A DNA stretch of 55,646 bases, taken from positions 1 to 55,646 of the forward strand of contig JBILMN010000004.1 in the NCBI GenBank assembly GCA_044375465.1, given 5' to 3'. The stretch is from Oligoflexales bacterium (GTDB lineage Bacteria > Bdellovibrionota_B > Oligoflexia > Oligoflexales > RGVZ01). Each line of letters opens with the position of its first letter. Position 1 is the first letter of the stretch. Below are positions 17,366 through 27,131 of the stretch, in pieces. The notes beneath the pieces were generated by a model. That model searched no databases. It was not told the origin of the DNA and saw only the letters and a list, made by a program, of their open reading frames with translations. Made by a program: the position numbers and the translations under genes.

Positions 17366-18796
17366 ATGGGCTCTCGAAGGCCCGCCAACTCAGGGGATAT
17401 TTTGATTCAATTGCGACAACAATTTGAACGACTGTGGAACCACTGCGTCAATGCTGGGATTCAGGGGCACGAGGACGAGGAGACCGCCACGCGGATACGC
17501 CTTGTCAATCGTATTCGGTTCCCCGCGATGGCATGCCTTGCGACTCTAGCAATGATCAACTTGGTACAAGGTGCCACGGCCAATTTTATATTAGAATCTT
17601 TGACCCTCACGGTTTGGATCATAGGAAGTCTCGTATTCCAACGCCAGCAGCATCGAGTCATCAGATCTATCGGTCTCTCAGCTTTTTTTGTCATGATTGT
17701 GGGCAGCCAATTGATCTATGGTCAAACTGTTTTTGCGCACTACCACATGTTTACATTAATTGCTGCGATGGTGCTTTTTTATGAGGACCAGCACTTTCTG
17801 GCACGATTTGGACCCTATTTTGTGATCGTTGGAGTATCTTTGTGCATCATGTTGGCTGGAAATCTTTTTGGAACCACCAATTACCCGATGCCGCCCCTGT
17901 TCAGTCAGATTTTAGACCTTGTTCTGAGCGGTATCTTCACGACGTTGTCGTTTCATTTCCTCCGAAAAGAAAATCTAGCTAGCCAAAGACGCCTGCTTGA
18001 GGAGCATAAAGCCCTCAATTATCTCAATAGTGAATTAGTCGAAGCAAAAAAACTATTGGAAGACTCGGCATTAAAAATGGCACACAAGTCTAAAATGACG
18101 GCGATCGGCGAGCTTGGATCAGGGCTTGCCCATGAGATCAACAATCCCCTGACTGTCACAATGGGAAATCTACACCTCATTTTGAGTGAATTTGAACGTG
18201 CTGAACCATCAAAAGAGCACACCATCAAACTAGCGACCATCGCACTGGAACACAGTAAGAGGATTCAAACCATCGTGAAAGCGTTGCGACACTATAGTTC
18301 AAATTGGGAGGACTCAACTCCGGAAGATTTTGACTTGCAAGACCTTTTACGCGATACAACCGCACTGGTCATCTCGCGCTTTCGCGAGGCCGGAACTGAT
18401 CTTTTAATCTCCATCGGATCAGGGCCAATCATCATCAATGGCCGACCGGCTCATCTCAGTCAGGCGATTTTGGCGTTGCTGCTCAACGCATATGAAGCAA
18501 CCGAAAATATGACTGACCGATGGATCAATATCGTCGTCGACTGCAGCGAACAGATGGTTCAAATTAAATTCATTGATAGCGGATCTGGCATCTCCCCAGC
18601 AATTCAGGAAAAGCTCATGCAACCGTTTTTTACAACAAAAGACGTCGGTCAAGGGCAGGGACTCGGACTTAGCACCGCACGCGCCATCGTTACGCAACAT
18701 AACGGTGAGCTCGATTACGATCCTACCTGTGAAAAAACTTGCTTTATTATGACGTTGCCGCGAAAATCCACGGAGACTCGCCGGAAAGCAGGTTAA
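17366..18796 (+). CDS. Membrane sensor histidine kinase (no response regulator in window)
   Basis: Several TM segments, then LAHEINNPL, N-box LLLNA, DSGSGI, PFFTTK, GQGLGLS; exact start uncertain. Confidence 0.92.
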   Translation: MGSRRPANSGDILIQLRQQFERLWNHCVNAGIQGHEDEETATRIRLVNRIRFPAMACLATLAMINLVQGATANFILESLTLTVWIIGSLVFQRQQHRVIRSIGLSAFFVMIVGSQLIYGQTVFAHYHMFTLIAAMVLFYEDQHFLARFGPYFVIVGVSLCIMLAGNLFGTTNYPMPPLFSQILDLVLSGIFTTLSFHFLRKENLASQRRLLEEHKALNYLNSELVEAKKLLEDSALKMAHKSKMTAIGELGSGLAHEINNPLTVTMGNLHLILSEFERAEPSKEHTIKLATIALEHSKRIQTIVKALRHYSSNWEDSTPEDFDLQDLLRDTTALVISRFREAGTDLLISIGSGPIIINGRPAHLSQAILALLLNAYEATENMTDRWINIVVDCSEQMVQIKFIDSGSGISPAIQEKLMQPFFTTKDVGQGQGLGLSTARAIVTQHNGELDYDPTCEKTCFIMTLPRKSTETRRKAG

Positions 18797-18799
18797 AGC

Positions 18800-19750
18800 A
18801 TGACCGTTTTTTTAAAGTTGATGACTTTGTCCTTAGCAGTGTTTTGGTCATCTGGATGCGTGTCGCTATCTAGCCTCACAGCCCATGGCACAGCCGCTCT
18901 GGCGCCGCATGCTGAGCTCGCAATGCAAAGAGAGCAAAGTTATGGATCATTCAAAATCGGTGCGCCTAGCGGATTTCAAATGCTCGAAGCAAGCCTCCTG
19001 GCCGCACCTGAAAACACGAAAATACTTGCAGCACTGGCCAAGGGCTATAACGCCTACGCGACGACCGTGGGAGAGACTGAATCTTTTCTCAATCATGAAC
19101 AAACTGACTCAAATCCACGACAATCGGCCATTGACCATCATACGCTCGCCATCAGCCGCGCCAGAGATTTCTTAAAAAAATCTGGTGTAACGTGGAGCAC
19201 AGATCTTGTGACACTTCAGAATGGATTACGAAATCATCAGCACCAGCAGGAGGTTATCGATATCGCTTTCATCGCCTCTCATAGCCTCAAATCACTGATT
19301 GCATTGCAACGCGGCAAGCCCGTAACCCTGACCTTTGCACCGATAGCCGATGCGTTGTCTCAATTTGCTTGCGAAGGCGCCCAAAGGCCATCATACCCGA
19401 CTTGGGCTTGTGATGCGATGAAGGCCGTCGAATCTGCTGAGAAACCTTCGGTCGCGGGCGGCAGTCTGGACGAAAGTCGCAGACGATTTCTCGAGATTTT
19501 TAAACAAAAACCCGCGTCATTGATGCCTATGGCCCTGTGGGCTCAGCATGGACTGACCAAACGATTTAACCGCGATGACTGGTCGATGATCAAAGAGGCT
19601 TTGAATCGGTATCATTCATCGAGAATGAGCCGACAAGTTGCCATAGCGACTTCTGACACCCCCCCAGCTGAAGACGAAGAGGGACTCATCAACGCAGCTG
19701 CAGCCCGAAGACTTGAATTTATGGCAAAACATGAAAGTGACTTATTTTAA
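18800..19750 (+). CDS. Lipoprotein resembling TRAP transporter TatT component
   Basis: Lipobox WSSGC; pattern GAPSGFQMLEASLLAAPEN..LAALAKGYNAYA and C-terminal LINAAAARRL reminiscent of TatT family. Confidence 0.6.
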   Translation: MTVFLKLMTLSLAVFWSSGCVSLSSLTAHGTAALAPHAELAMQREQSYGSFKIGAPSGFQMLEASLLAAPENTKILAALAKGYNAYATTVGETESFLNHEQTDSNPRQSAIDHHTLAISRARDFLKKSGVTWSTDLVTLQNGLRNHQHQQEVIDIAFIASHSLKSLIALQRGKPVTLTFAPIADALSQFACEGAQRPSYPTWACDAMKAVESAEKPSVAGGSLDESRRRFLEIFKQKPASLMPMALWAQHGLTKRFNRDDWSMIKEALNRYHSSRMSRQVAIATSDTPPAEDEEGLINAAAARRLEFMAKHESDLF

Positions 19751-20013
19751 ACTTTCGTTAACTGGCCCACACGGCTTCAATCGACGGGAGAGCTCACGGG
19801 TAGAGTACCGGAATAGAGGAAGCAAGCGGAAGAACGATCACAGATAAAAACGATTAAGATCTCGATATTTGATTGCCGTCCAGTCTGTTTCGTTAAATTT
19901 CGCATTTAAGGTAAACGTTCTACCACAACCAAGCGCCATATAATCTGTCAGTTCCGGCAGATCAATTGAACTTCTAATTCGAAAATTGAAACCAATGAAT
20001 CTGTGGAACGGAA

Positions 20014-20360
20014 TCAACTGTGATCGTGAGCGGAAGTTGAGAAAGTTTTATGGTCTTCTTTTTCGTCATTCAGACGACTGATCAATTCAATCATCTTGCT
20101 GATTCGTGTTCCGGCATCATTTCTGGGATCGAGATTAAATCTTGATGCCAGCAGGCCTTCCCACAGCGGGTCTATAACCATGTGACGGACTCCGAGATCT
20201 GCAACAGATCTGCAACAATCGACTCCATGGATGCGGCCCCGCATGTGAAATCTCTGGCCTGACTGATCAGAGGCAATGGCAGGAATTGAGATTTCCCCGG
20301 AACTTTGGGGTAGGAAATCAATTGGGTCAAAGAATAAACCAATTTGCACGCTACCAGCAA
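20014..20360 (-). pseudogene. Frameshifted C39-like cysteine peptidase remnant
   Basis: PLPLISQARDFTCGAASMES motif; removing one copy of AGATCTGCAAC (20195-20216) joins it to the 20014-ending frame; no catalytic His region follows. Confidence 0.65.
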
Positions 20361-20366
20361 GGGCCT

Positions 20367-20663
20367 CTAATTCCTAAAGCTAGCAACGCAAAAATCTTTG
20401 GAATCACCGAAATCGATATTACCAACTAAATCACAGTCACCGGGGGTTGCGTAAATGTACATCAAATCATAGTCACTGTCACAATCACGCCCACGACAAG
20501 CTTTTACATTAACATATTCGTTACTTCCCTCGGCCGAGCTGCCTGAATTGCATACATATACATTGGCCGTGCTGCCACTCATACTACATGTAAGTGAGTA
20601 TTCAGACTCTGCAAAGGCGGAACTGCTGAAGAAAACAAATGGCACAAAAAGACTTTTAAACAT
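20367..20663 (-). CDS. Small secreted six-cysteine protein
   Basis: Signal peptide MFKSLFVPFVFFSSSAFA; six Cys in about 80 mature residues; GGAG RBS. Confidence 0.75.
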   Translation of the reverse strand: MFKSLFVPFVFFSSSAFAESEYSLTCSMSGSTANVYVCNSGSSAEGSNEYVNVKACRGRDCDSDYDLMYIYATPGDCDLVGNIDFGDSKDFCVASFRN

Positions 20664-21072
20664 CGTCGTTGCTCCAAAAAGGTTTACACATTTCTATATC
20701 AAACCGGCCCCCTTGGCAAAACCGCGAATATTTTTGAATTTAGCTAGTTCAAGTAGGCTTGGTCCGCTCATGATGAACCCAACGGCTCCGACCCACCGCC
20801 AATTGGCAAACCATAGCCGGACCGGACCGTGGGGGTCGCTCCGGATATTTGCGCCTGTGGTGCGAGAATGGTGGCCGATGAACCGATCACCAAGGGTTTT
20901 GAGGATTGCCGAGGCGCTTGCAAGACTCAGAATCGCTTTATCGGGTCCGCCCACAAGGCGGTAATCGACGGGAGAGATTGATGATGTCTAAGCGCGGGCG
21001 GTCTCAGTGCCGGCCGGGGCTAGGGTGTAAACACGAAATGTAAAAGTATCGGCATCGATTTTCCGCCTAGCC

Positions 21073-22458
21073 TTATGACTGCAAATGTTCTTCAATTCTT
21101 GACAAACACTCAGCTAAATAAAGTGGTAGCGTGACCAATATATACCTTATATGTGTCATGCCATCCGTGCTGAGAATATTCTGTGCAACAGATTCTTTTC
21201 TGGGCAATCCAGTATTAAAACGAACAGCGATAGGGGACTTTTTGCGCGCCACGAATTGTTGAATGGATTTGAGGTGGCCCGCTTTTGAAGACTTTACCTC
21301 GACGGGAGCCATATAGTCGCCCATTTGGATGACAAAATCGACCTCTGCATTGCCTTTTTGACCGTCACGTAGCCAATAATGGAGTTCAGGCCTGGTCTGG
21401 CTTTCCTCGGAACCCAGTATTTGTTGGGCTACAAATTGTTCGCTTTGAACGCCCTGAAAGCGCGTTTCCCATGTACGAGGATCAAGAGACCAAGGCGACT
21501 TCTGCATCGCGTTGAGAAGACCTACGTCTAAAAAATACAGTTTGAAGATGGACGGATCTTTCATGGACGCAAGAGGCAATCCCGAACAGTCTGAATGATG
21601 AACCGCTTCGATAAGCCTCGCGTGATTCAATAGATCTATGCACCGTTTAATATTCGCTGCCTTGTCGCTTTTATCTATTTCTGTGTACTTAACTTTTTGC
21701 CCCACAATGCCCGGCACCCGTTGAAAAGTTTGTAGGAGCCGCTGCCAGTCCGATTGACGAGCATACTTGGCAAAATCATCTTGGTAGGTCGCAAGAATGG
21801 ATTGTTGGATTTTTTGGATTTTTTTGGGTGAGGACTTGTTAATAAACGCCTGCACAGCCTCGGGCATGCCTCCCACCATCTGATACTCACGCAATAGACC
21901 CATTAATTTTTCGTGGAGTAATCCGTTCCACAATCCGATGTCCTCATCGGTCATTCGGAAATTCGCGATTTTTTGTGCGAGATGGCTCTCCCCAAGTGCC
22001 TCCAAAAACTCCGTAAAAATGAGGGGAAAAATATGCAGATAATCGATACGCCCGACAGGTACCGAAAATTTTTCTTCGAGAAACGCGAATTCAAGCAATG
22101 ATCCAGCGCCAATGACGGGCAATTCAGATAGATCCTCGTAAAAATAACGAAGCGCTGCCAGAGCCTGCGGAGTTGCTTGGATCTCATCGAGAAATAGAAG
22201 GTCCCTCTTAGGATCGATGGATCTTCCAAAGACATCTTCGAGGGCCGAAATGATATTTTTCATATGAAGCGAAGCAAAAATTCGGTTGAGCCCTTTGTTG
22301 CGCTCCAAATTTATTTCAAGGAGGCGAAGTCCACGTTCAGCGGCAAAGAGGCGTACGAGAGTGGACTTCCCGACCTGGCGCGCCCCTCGGAGGACCAGAG
22401 GTTTTCGATTTTCATCATTTATCCAATTATTTAAATTAGATAGGTATTTTCTACGCAC
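21073..22458 (-). CDS. AAA_14/DUF4143 ATPase with C-terminal PD-(D/E)XK-like motif
   Basis: LRGARQVGKS, LFLDEIQ, GGMPEAV, KLYFLDVGL, AEVDFVI...PVEVKS. Confidence 0.92.
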   Translation of the reverse strand: MRRKYLSNLNNWINDENRKPLVLRGARQVGKSTLVRLFAAERGLRLLEINLERNKGLNRIFASLHMKNIISALEDVFGRSIDPKRDLLFLDEIQATPQALAALRYFYEDLSELPVIGAGSLLEFAFLEEKFSVPVGRIDYLHIFPLIFTEFLEALGESHLAQKIANFRMTDEDIGLWNGLLHEKLMGLLREYQMVGGMPEAVQAFINKSSPKKIQKIQQSILATYQDDFAKYARQSDWQRLLQTFQRVPGIVGQKVKYTEIDKSDKAANIKRCIDLLNHARLIEAVHHSDCSGLPLASMKDPSIFKLYFLDVGLLNAMQKSPWSLDPRTWETRFQGVQSEQFVAQQILGSEESQTRPELHYWLRDGQKGNAEVDFVIQMGDYMAPVEVKSSKAGHLKSIQQFVARKKSPIAVRFNTGLPRKESVAQNILSTDGMTHIRYILVTLPLYLAECLSRIEEHLQS

Positions 22459-22585
22459 TTTATTTACCCCTATTTTATCCTTTCATAATATAATATTACC
22501 CCTAATTCCATATCAAAGATAGTGCCAACTGGCGCGGCCAGTTAATGCAAGACGCACCGGTGCTGATCCGATAAACTACGACCCT

Positions 22586-24565
22586 ATGTCTGTATTGATG
22601 ACGTCACACACAGCTTTGCTCGCTGCCATTTTGGCGGTCTGTGGATTTTTTGGACTTGGTCAGTGGATCAGTCAACAGATGAGTCAACAGATGAGTCGTT
22701 GGAAGAGTCCTGGCGTGGCAAGCCACCAGAGCATCCATGAGGAACTCTTGTGTACTTTTTTAGCCCTCATTTTATGCGGAGTTCTGCTGAGCCTTAGGAC
22801 GTGGCTACCGTGGGCATGGATCACATGGCTTGTTTGGTCCATCATCATTCTTGGATCAACGGTCGCCATCACAAATGTGACGATACAGATAAAAGCAAGT
22901 TGGGGCGAGCGTTCTCCGGATCAAAAGTGGCATGATTGGGCCATGCTGTTAGCGATGTTAATGATTCTTTATCTAGAGTGGGTTTGGGTGGGGCTGCCCC
23001 TCTATCGCTATGATCAATGGACCTACCATCTCGTAGTGGCAAAATGGGTCGATCTTCTTGGCACCCTCAAAGGCCCCATCGCTATCGATCACGTGTTCTT
23101 TACAGGGTGCTACGAGTTTCTGGGCCTTTTGCCCCGAGCGTTGTGGCGTGATGACTCCTTTCAGCAGGGTTTCCAAAACTGTTTCACAAGTGTTTTTATC
23201 GCTAGCGTCGCTGGCAGGCTCTGTTTTGCAGAGATGCACAGCAAGAATCAAAACCAAAGATGGCTGATCTCAATAGCATTAATGCTGATGGTGTTATTTA
23301 GCTCCGGGGATCACGAGGGGCTTTCGAGCGCCAAGCCGGATTTTGTTCTGATGATGGCTGTATTTTTATTGCTGTGGATCTGTGTTTCGAACAAAGGAAA
23401 ACCAGAAACCGCGCCATCATGGTTTTTGTTCGGAATGCTCATGGGTGCATGTCTCGCGCTGAAGATTACCTGGATTCATTGCGCCGTCGCCCTCTTGCCG
23501 ATAGCTATTTGGTCAGCGTGGGGCACCCAAAAACTCAAATCCGTATGGTCACTCTGCTGCGGTGGTTTTGTTGGGTTGCTCGCTGCAGTGCCTTTTTTGC
23601 TGAAAAATTATTTAGTTTTCGGCAATCCGCTCCATCCAGCGCAAACATCTTTGTGGACCAGTCATATCTGGAGTGATGGTTTAGCTCAATATTGGCGTGT
23701 GATTCTTGAAAGTCCTGAGACTACTTCACAGTTTCTCAAAAATATCCCGCTCGTCATCGTCAAGTCACCCCTCCGGCTGTTCGGTGCTTTGCTTGTCATA
23801 GCTGGACTTATCGTCATCGCTATCATGACTAGATCATCGATGTTTAGTCATCAAAGGCAAACCAGAGACCTATTGCAATGGCCAAAGCTCACTTTGTTTT
23901 ATGGAGTGTATGTGCTGTTCTGGGGATTTTTTTACGGATCCGGCATCGGACACCGTTTTGTGGTTGGCATACCAGCGATCGGACTGGTTACCGTTCTTGC
24001 CGTGGTCGCCGCAACGAGAATCCAGAAAAGATGTGTGGCATTGACGTTGTTGATCCCAATTTTTTGGGGTGGTGAAATCGAGGTCACGATTGCCAGAGTC
24101 ATTGCCGCTTGGGGGCAAGACACACCAAGCTATCAATCAGCTTTGACGCGGAGCCCTGCTGCTTTCAATGATGACCTTCGAGTCATCGCAGCCCATAAAA
24201 TAAAAATGATGGGCCCACTAGCAGCCTATGATCAGGGACAAATGATCTCTGATAGTATTTGGAATTTTTATGGGCCCTCTGTATTTTTTGATGCGACAGC
24301 GCCCGTAACACGCACACTCATGGAGCAGGCCGGAATTGATCCTGATCATGATTGCGCTAAGCCATTTCTTGTCGCGAGAGACATCCGTTATCTATGGCTC
24401 AAAGATAAAAACTCACTGCCAAATTGGCCGCGCTCTCTCACAAATCTCATGGCGAGAGCGGAAAGCATCCCGACACGGCATGGAAATATATGGTACCTTG
24501 GCGATCCCGAGCGATGGGTCTGTCAATCATTACCGCAATCAACATCGCAATCATATCCAAATTAA
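22586..24565 (+). CDS. Polytopic membrane protein, probable GT-C/ArnT-like glycosyltransferase
   Basis: Many TM helices; YDQWTYHL, SAKPD, ALKIT, KNYLVFGNPLHP patterns. Confidence 0.55.
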   Translation: MSVLMTSHTALLAAILAVCGFFGLGQWISQQMSQQMSRWKSPGVASHQSIHEELLCTFLALILCGVLLSLRTWLPWAWITWLVWSIIILGSTVAITNVTIQIKASWGERSPDQKWHDWAMLLAMLMILYLEWVWVGLPLYRYDQWTYHLVVAKWVDLLGTLKGPIAIDHVFFTGCYEFLGLLPRALWRDDSFQQGFQNCFTSVFIASVAGRLCFAEMHSKNQNQRWLISIALMLMVLFSSGDHEGLSSAKPDFVLMMAVFLLLWICVSNKGKPETAPSWFLFGMLMGACLALKITWIHCAVALLPIAIWSAWGTQKLKSVWSLCCGGFVGLLAAVPFLLKNYLVFGNPLHPAQTSLWTSHIWSDGLAQYWRVILESPETTSQFLKNIPLVIVKSPLRLFGALLVIAGLIVIAIMTRSSMFSHQRQTRDLLQWPKLTLFYGVYVLFWGFFYGSGIGHRFVVGIPAIGLVTVLAVVAATRIQKRCVALTLLIPIFWGGEIEVTIARVIAAWGQDTPSYQSALTRSPAAFNDDLRVIAAHKIKMMGPLAAYDQGQMISDSIWNFYGPSVFFDATAPVTRTLMEQAGIDPDHDCAKPFLVARDIRYLWLKDKNSLPNWPRSLTNLMARAESIPTRHGNIWYLGDPERWVCQSLPQSTSQSYPN

Positions 24566-24625
24566 TGATTCATCTTTAACCAACCAACACGCACCATCAA
24601 ATGTTAGCCATCAAGGGAGGACTTC

Positions 24626-25567
24626 ATGTATCAATGTTTAGCACTCTGTTTACTACTTTCTGTGATTATGACAAAAACAGCGGCAGCTTCCACGCAGACG
24701 GTTGAAATTGCAACGATCATTCCAGATGGGACACCAGCGGCAGCAGCACTCATAGATTTTTCAAAATTCGTCGAGGCCTCTACCAGCCAACGGGTGCGAT
24801 TCAAATTGAAATGGGGAGGAAGCGCTGGAACAGACCCGGAGGTGCTATCTGCCATCAAGGCTGGAAAGCTTCAGGGAGCCATGTTTGCAGGTCAGATCAT
24901 GGATCAGATTGCTCCGGGCACAAGAGGCGGCGAAATCCCATTTCAATTTGGTGCCGATCGCCAAAAGGCGCGAGGATTTGTCGCCAAGAATTCTGCTACT
25001 TGGAGCAAGGCGGCGGCTGCAGCAGGATTTCACAACCTTGGCTTCTATGAAGTTGGTTTTGTCTTTCTGTGCGGCAAAAAACCGGTAAATACAGTGGCAG
25101 ATATTAAATCTTCAAAAATATGGCTGTGGCCCGGCGACAAACTCGGGCGCAGCGTCATTGAAGAACTTAAAGGGGTCCCCGTTGAGGTGCCCGTCCAGGA
25201 TTCTTTCAAGGCATTTTCAGACGGCCGGATCGAATTCGCTTATGCGCCCGCAATAGCCCTTGTCGCTCTGCAGTGGTACACCAAAGCTAGCCATGTCGTC
25301 ACTGATCCCATTAGTTATGCGACCGGCTCCATCCTCATTGACAAAAAAATCTGGAACCAGATCGCAGCCAACGACCAATCTTTAATCGCAAAACACACCG
25401 AGGCCCTCCTCAAAAAACTGAACGAATCGGCGCTAATCGATGAGCGTGAATCCCTGGACGCGCTCAAATCAATGGGGGTTAAATTCACTTCCATGGGACC
25501 CTCTGAGGCCGCAACTCTGAGCATTGTGTCTAAATCTGTTGCCAAAAAATGGCAATCCGGCCGATAA
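24626..25567 (+). CDS. TRAP substrate-binding protein DctP/TatP type
   Basis: IATIIPDGT, WGGSAGTDPEVL, KIWLWPGD (Trp where DctP has Arg, as in TatP), ALQWYTK. Confidence 0.85.
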   Translation: MYQCLALCLLLSVIMTKTAAASTQTVEIATIIPDGTPAAAALIDFSKFVEASTSQRVRFKLKWGGSAGTDPEVLSAIKAGKLQGAMFAGQIMDQIAPGTRGGEIPFQFGADRQKARGFVAKNSATWSKAAAAAGFHNLGFYEVGFVFLCGKKPVNTVADIKSSKIWLWPGDKLGRSVIEELKGVPVEVPVQDSFKAFSDGRIEFAYAPAIALVALQWYTKASHVVTDPISYATGSILIDKKIWNQIAANDQSLIAKHTEALLKKLNESALIDERESLDALKSMGVKFTSMGPSEAATLSIVSKSVAKKWQSGR

Positions 25568-25613
25568 TCACAACACCAAACACCTTGACCGACTCTTTGC
25601 GAAGGGACATTTT

Positions 25614-26900
25614 ATGATGAATTGCAATCTCAGACTCTATATGTCGATCCTGCTTCTTCTATTGACAACTAACGCCATGGCACAAAGAGCTCAGCACAAG
25701 TCGCGCCTTCCGGCTCATTTGTCTCTTGGAGATCTTGAAATGACCGGCCCCGAGTACGAGAGGCTCATAGAAAACAAAAACCTAATGATTCCGACAAGTG
25801 ATGATGGGAGCGACCCGCTGAGAGTTATTTTAAACGTCGGAAAACGCAATCTCGACTGGCTCACCTTCATCAATTCACGGCGCGACAGTCAAAACAAGCT
25901 CGAATTATCCACACCAGAGACCCAGCAAGGGATCCCTATAACCAGCCCAAGAATCAGCAATCGCACTATGATCGCTGATGGATGGGAAGGACTTAAAGAG
26001 ACGCTTTCGTCTGTTGTTTACGACGTGCTGATAAACCAAAAGTCCTTCACAACTGATTTAGGGGTTTCTGATGAACAGTTTCTCCGCGAAATCCGTAGTG
26101 TGGACCACTACTACCAACGTGCATCGCGATGGCTACTGCAAGAACCCTATCTTGATATGTACGCGAGGGAATCTATTTATGATGTTCGTGGCTACTACTA
26201 TCTTCAGCAGGAGCCTGACTTAGCCGAAAAACTAAACGTATTTGACACGCTCACCGAAGCTAAAAGAAATGATCTTCGCACATGGCTAGTGATGGAATGT
26301 GTCAACGCGACGTCCATCAAGTCCACATGCGAAGCTGATTTTAACACTGCAGTGCAGTCGCATAAAGTGCTTGAATATCATCAACAGTACGTGATCCTTG
26401 CCCAAGACATGTGGGATAGTTTTTTTAGAATCGATGCTTTCCGTAATGATGTCACATGGACCTCCCAGCAACCCAACAAGATGGTCATTCCATTCCGCGA
26501 TCCCCAAGCACCTGCGGTTTCTGCATGGCTTAGCGACAATATCCAAGATGAGTTCCGTTGGGGTGGCTGGGCTTTGAATCTGAGCTTTCAGCCAAACGGT
26601 GACGATTCAATGACCCATATCGTTTTCAAGGAAGGGGCCACTCCCCATGTGAACGAACTAGCCGGTAGCGAGATCACAATGGACGGTAATCGTCATATAA
26701 ACGAATATTCTTCCCGCTGGACCATTCGCCATGAGTACGGACACGTGCTAGGCCTTCCAGATTGTTATATTGAATTTTATGATCGCGAAGCCGAAGTCAT
26801 GATCAACTACCAGCTCGACATCACGAATCTCATGTGCAGTCGCCGTGGTAAATTCCAGCAAAAGCATTTTGACGAACTGAAACGGGTTTACCTCCATTGA
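25614..26900 (+). CDS. Secreted zinc metalloprotease (HExxHxxGxxD)
   Basis: Signal peptide; HEYGHVLGLPDCY and Met-turn-like NLMC. Confidence 0.8.
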   Translation: MMNCNLRLYMSILLLLLTTNAMAQRAQHKSRLPAHLSLGDLEMTGPEYERLIENKNLMIPTSDDGSDPLRVILNVGKRNLDWLTFINSRRDSQNKLELSTPETQQGIPITSPRISNRTMIADGWEGLKETLSSVVYDVLINQKSFTTDLGVSDEQFLREIRSVDHYYQRASRWLLQEPYLDMYARESIYDVRGYYYLQQEPDLAEKLNVFDTLTEAKRNDLRTWLVMECVNATSIKSTCEADFNTAVQSHKVLEYHQQYVILAQDMWDSFFRIDAFRNDVTWTSQQPNKMVIPFRDPQAPAVSAWLSDNIQDEFRWGGWALNLSFQPNGDDSMTHIVFKEGATPHVNELAGSEITMDGNRHINEYSSRWTIRHEYGHVLGLPDCYIEFYDREAEVMINYQLDITNLMCSRRGKFQQKHFDELKRVYLH

Positions 26901-27131
26901 GGGAAGCGACCTTGATTCCGAAACACTTTTAAGTAAAGTGACCTCGACTCCAAAATACTTTGGCCCCTGCAGAGTACTCGAGGCCTGATGATAGACCAAA
27001 ATCAAGATCTAACCATTTGAATTTAATGGTCTTTTATTAAAAAAGGCCGCGCTAAGAAAATGGTCTTTTTAGCTACTAAAGTCTGAAAATGTCGATTTGA
27101 TATCAAGAACCAATGCAAACGCCTCAGTCTC

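Larger units (their letters stand above)
19765..20976. repeat. Imperfect 28-bp direct repeats (19765-19792 and 20949-20976) flanking an accessory segment
   Basis: GCCCACACGGCTTCAATCGACGGGAGAG vs GCCCACAAGGCGGTAATCGACGGGAGAG, 24/28 identical with the last 14 exact. Confidence 0.7.

Noticed and set aside
20548-20964. ORFs 20548-20964(+) and 20694-20954(-)
   Set aside because: Mutually overlapping with no motifs; likely debris or spurious.
15385-22520. Genomic island integrated at tRNA-Ser
   Set aside because: No duplicate of the tRNA 3' end and no integrase seen; the 28-bp repeats do not match the tRNA.
22513-22528. Sigma54 site upstream of the AAA ATPase (TTGGCACTATCTTTGA, minus)
   Set aside because: The -12 element is GA rather than the conserved GC.
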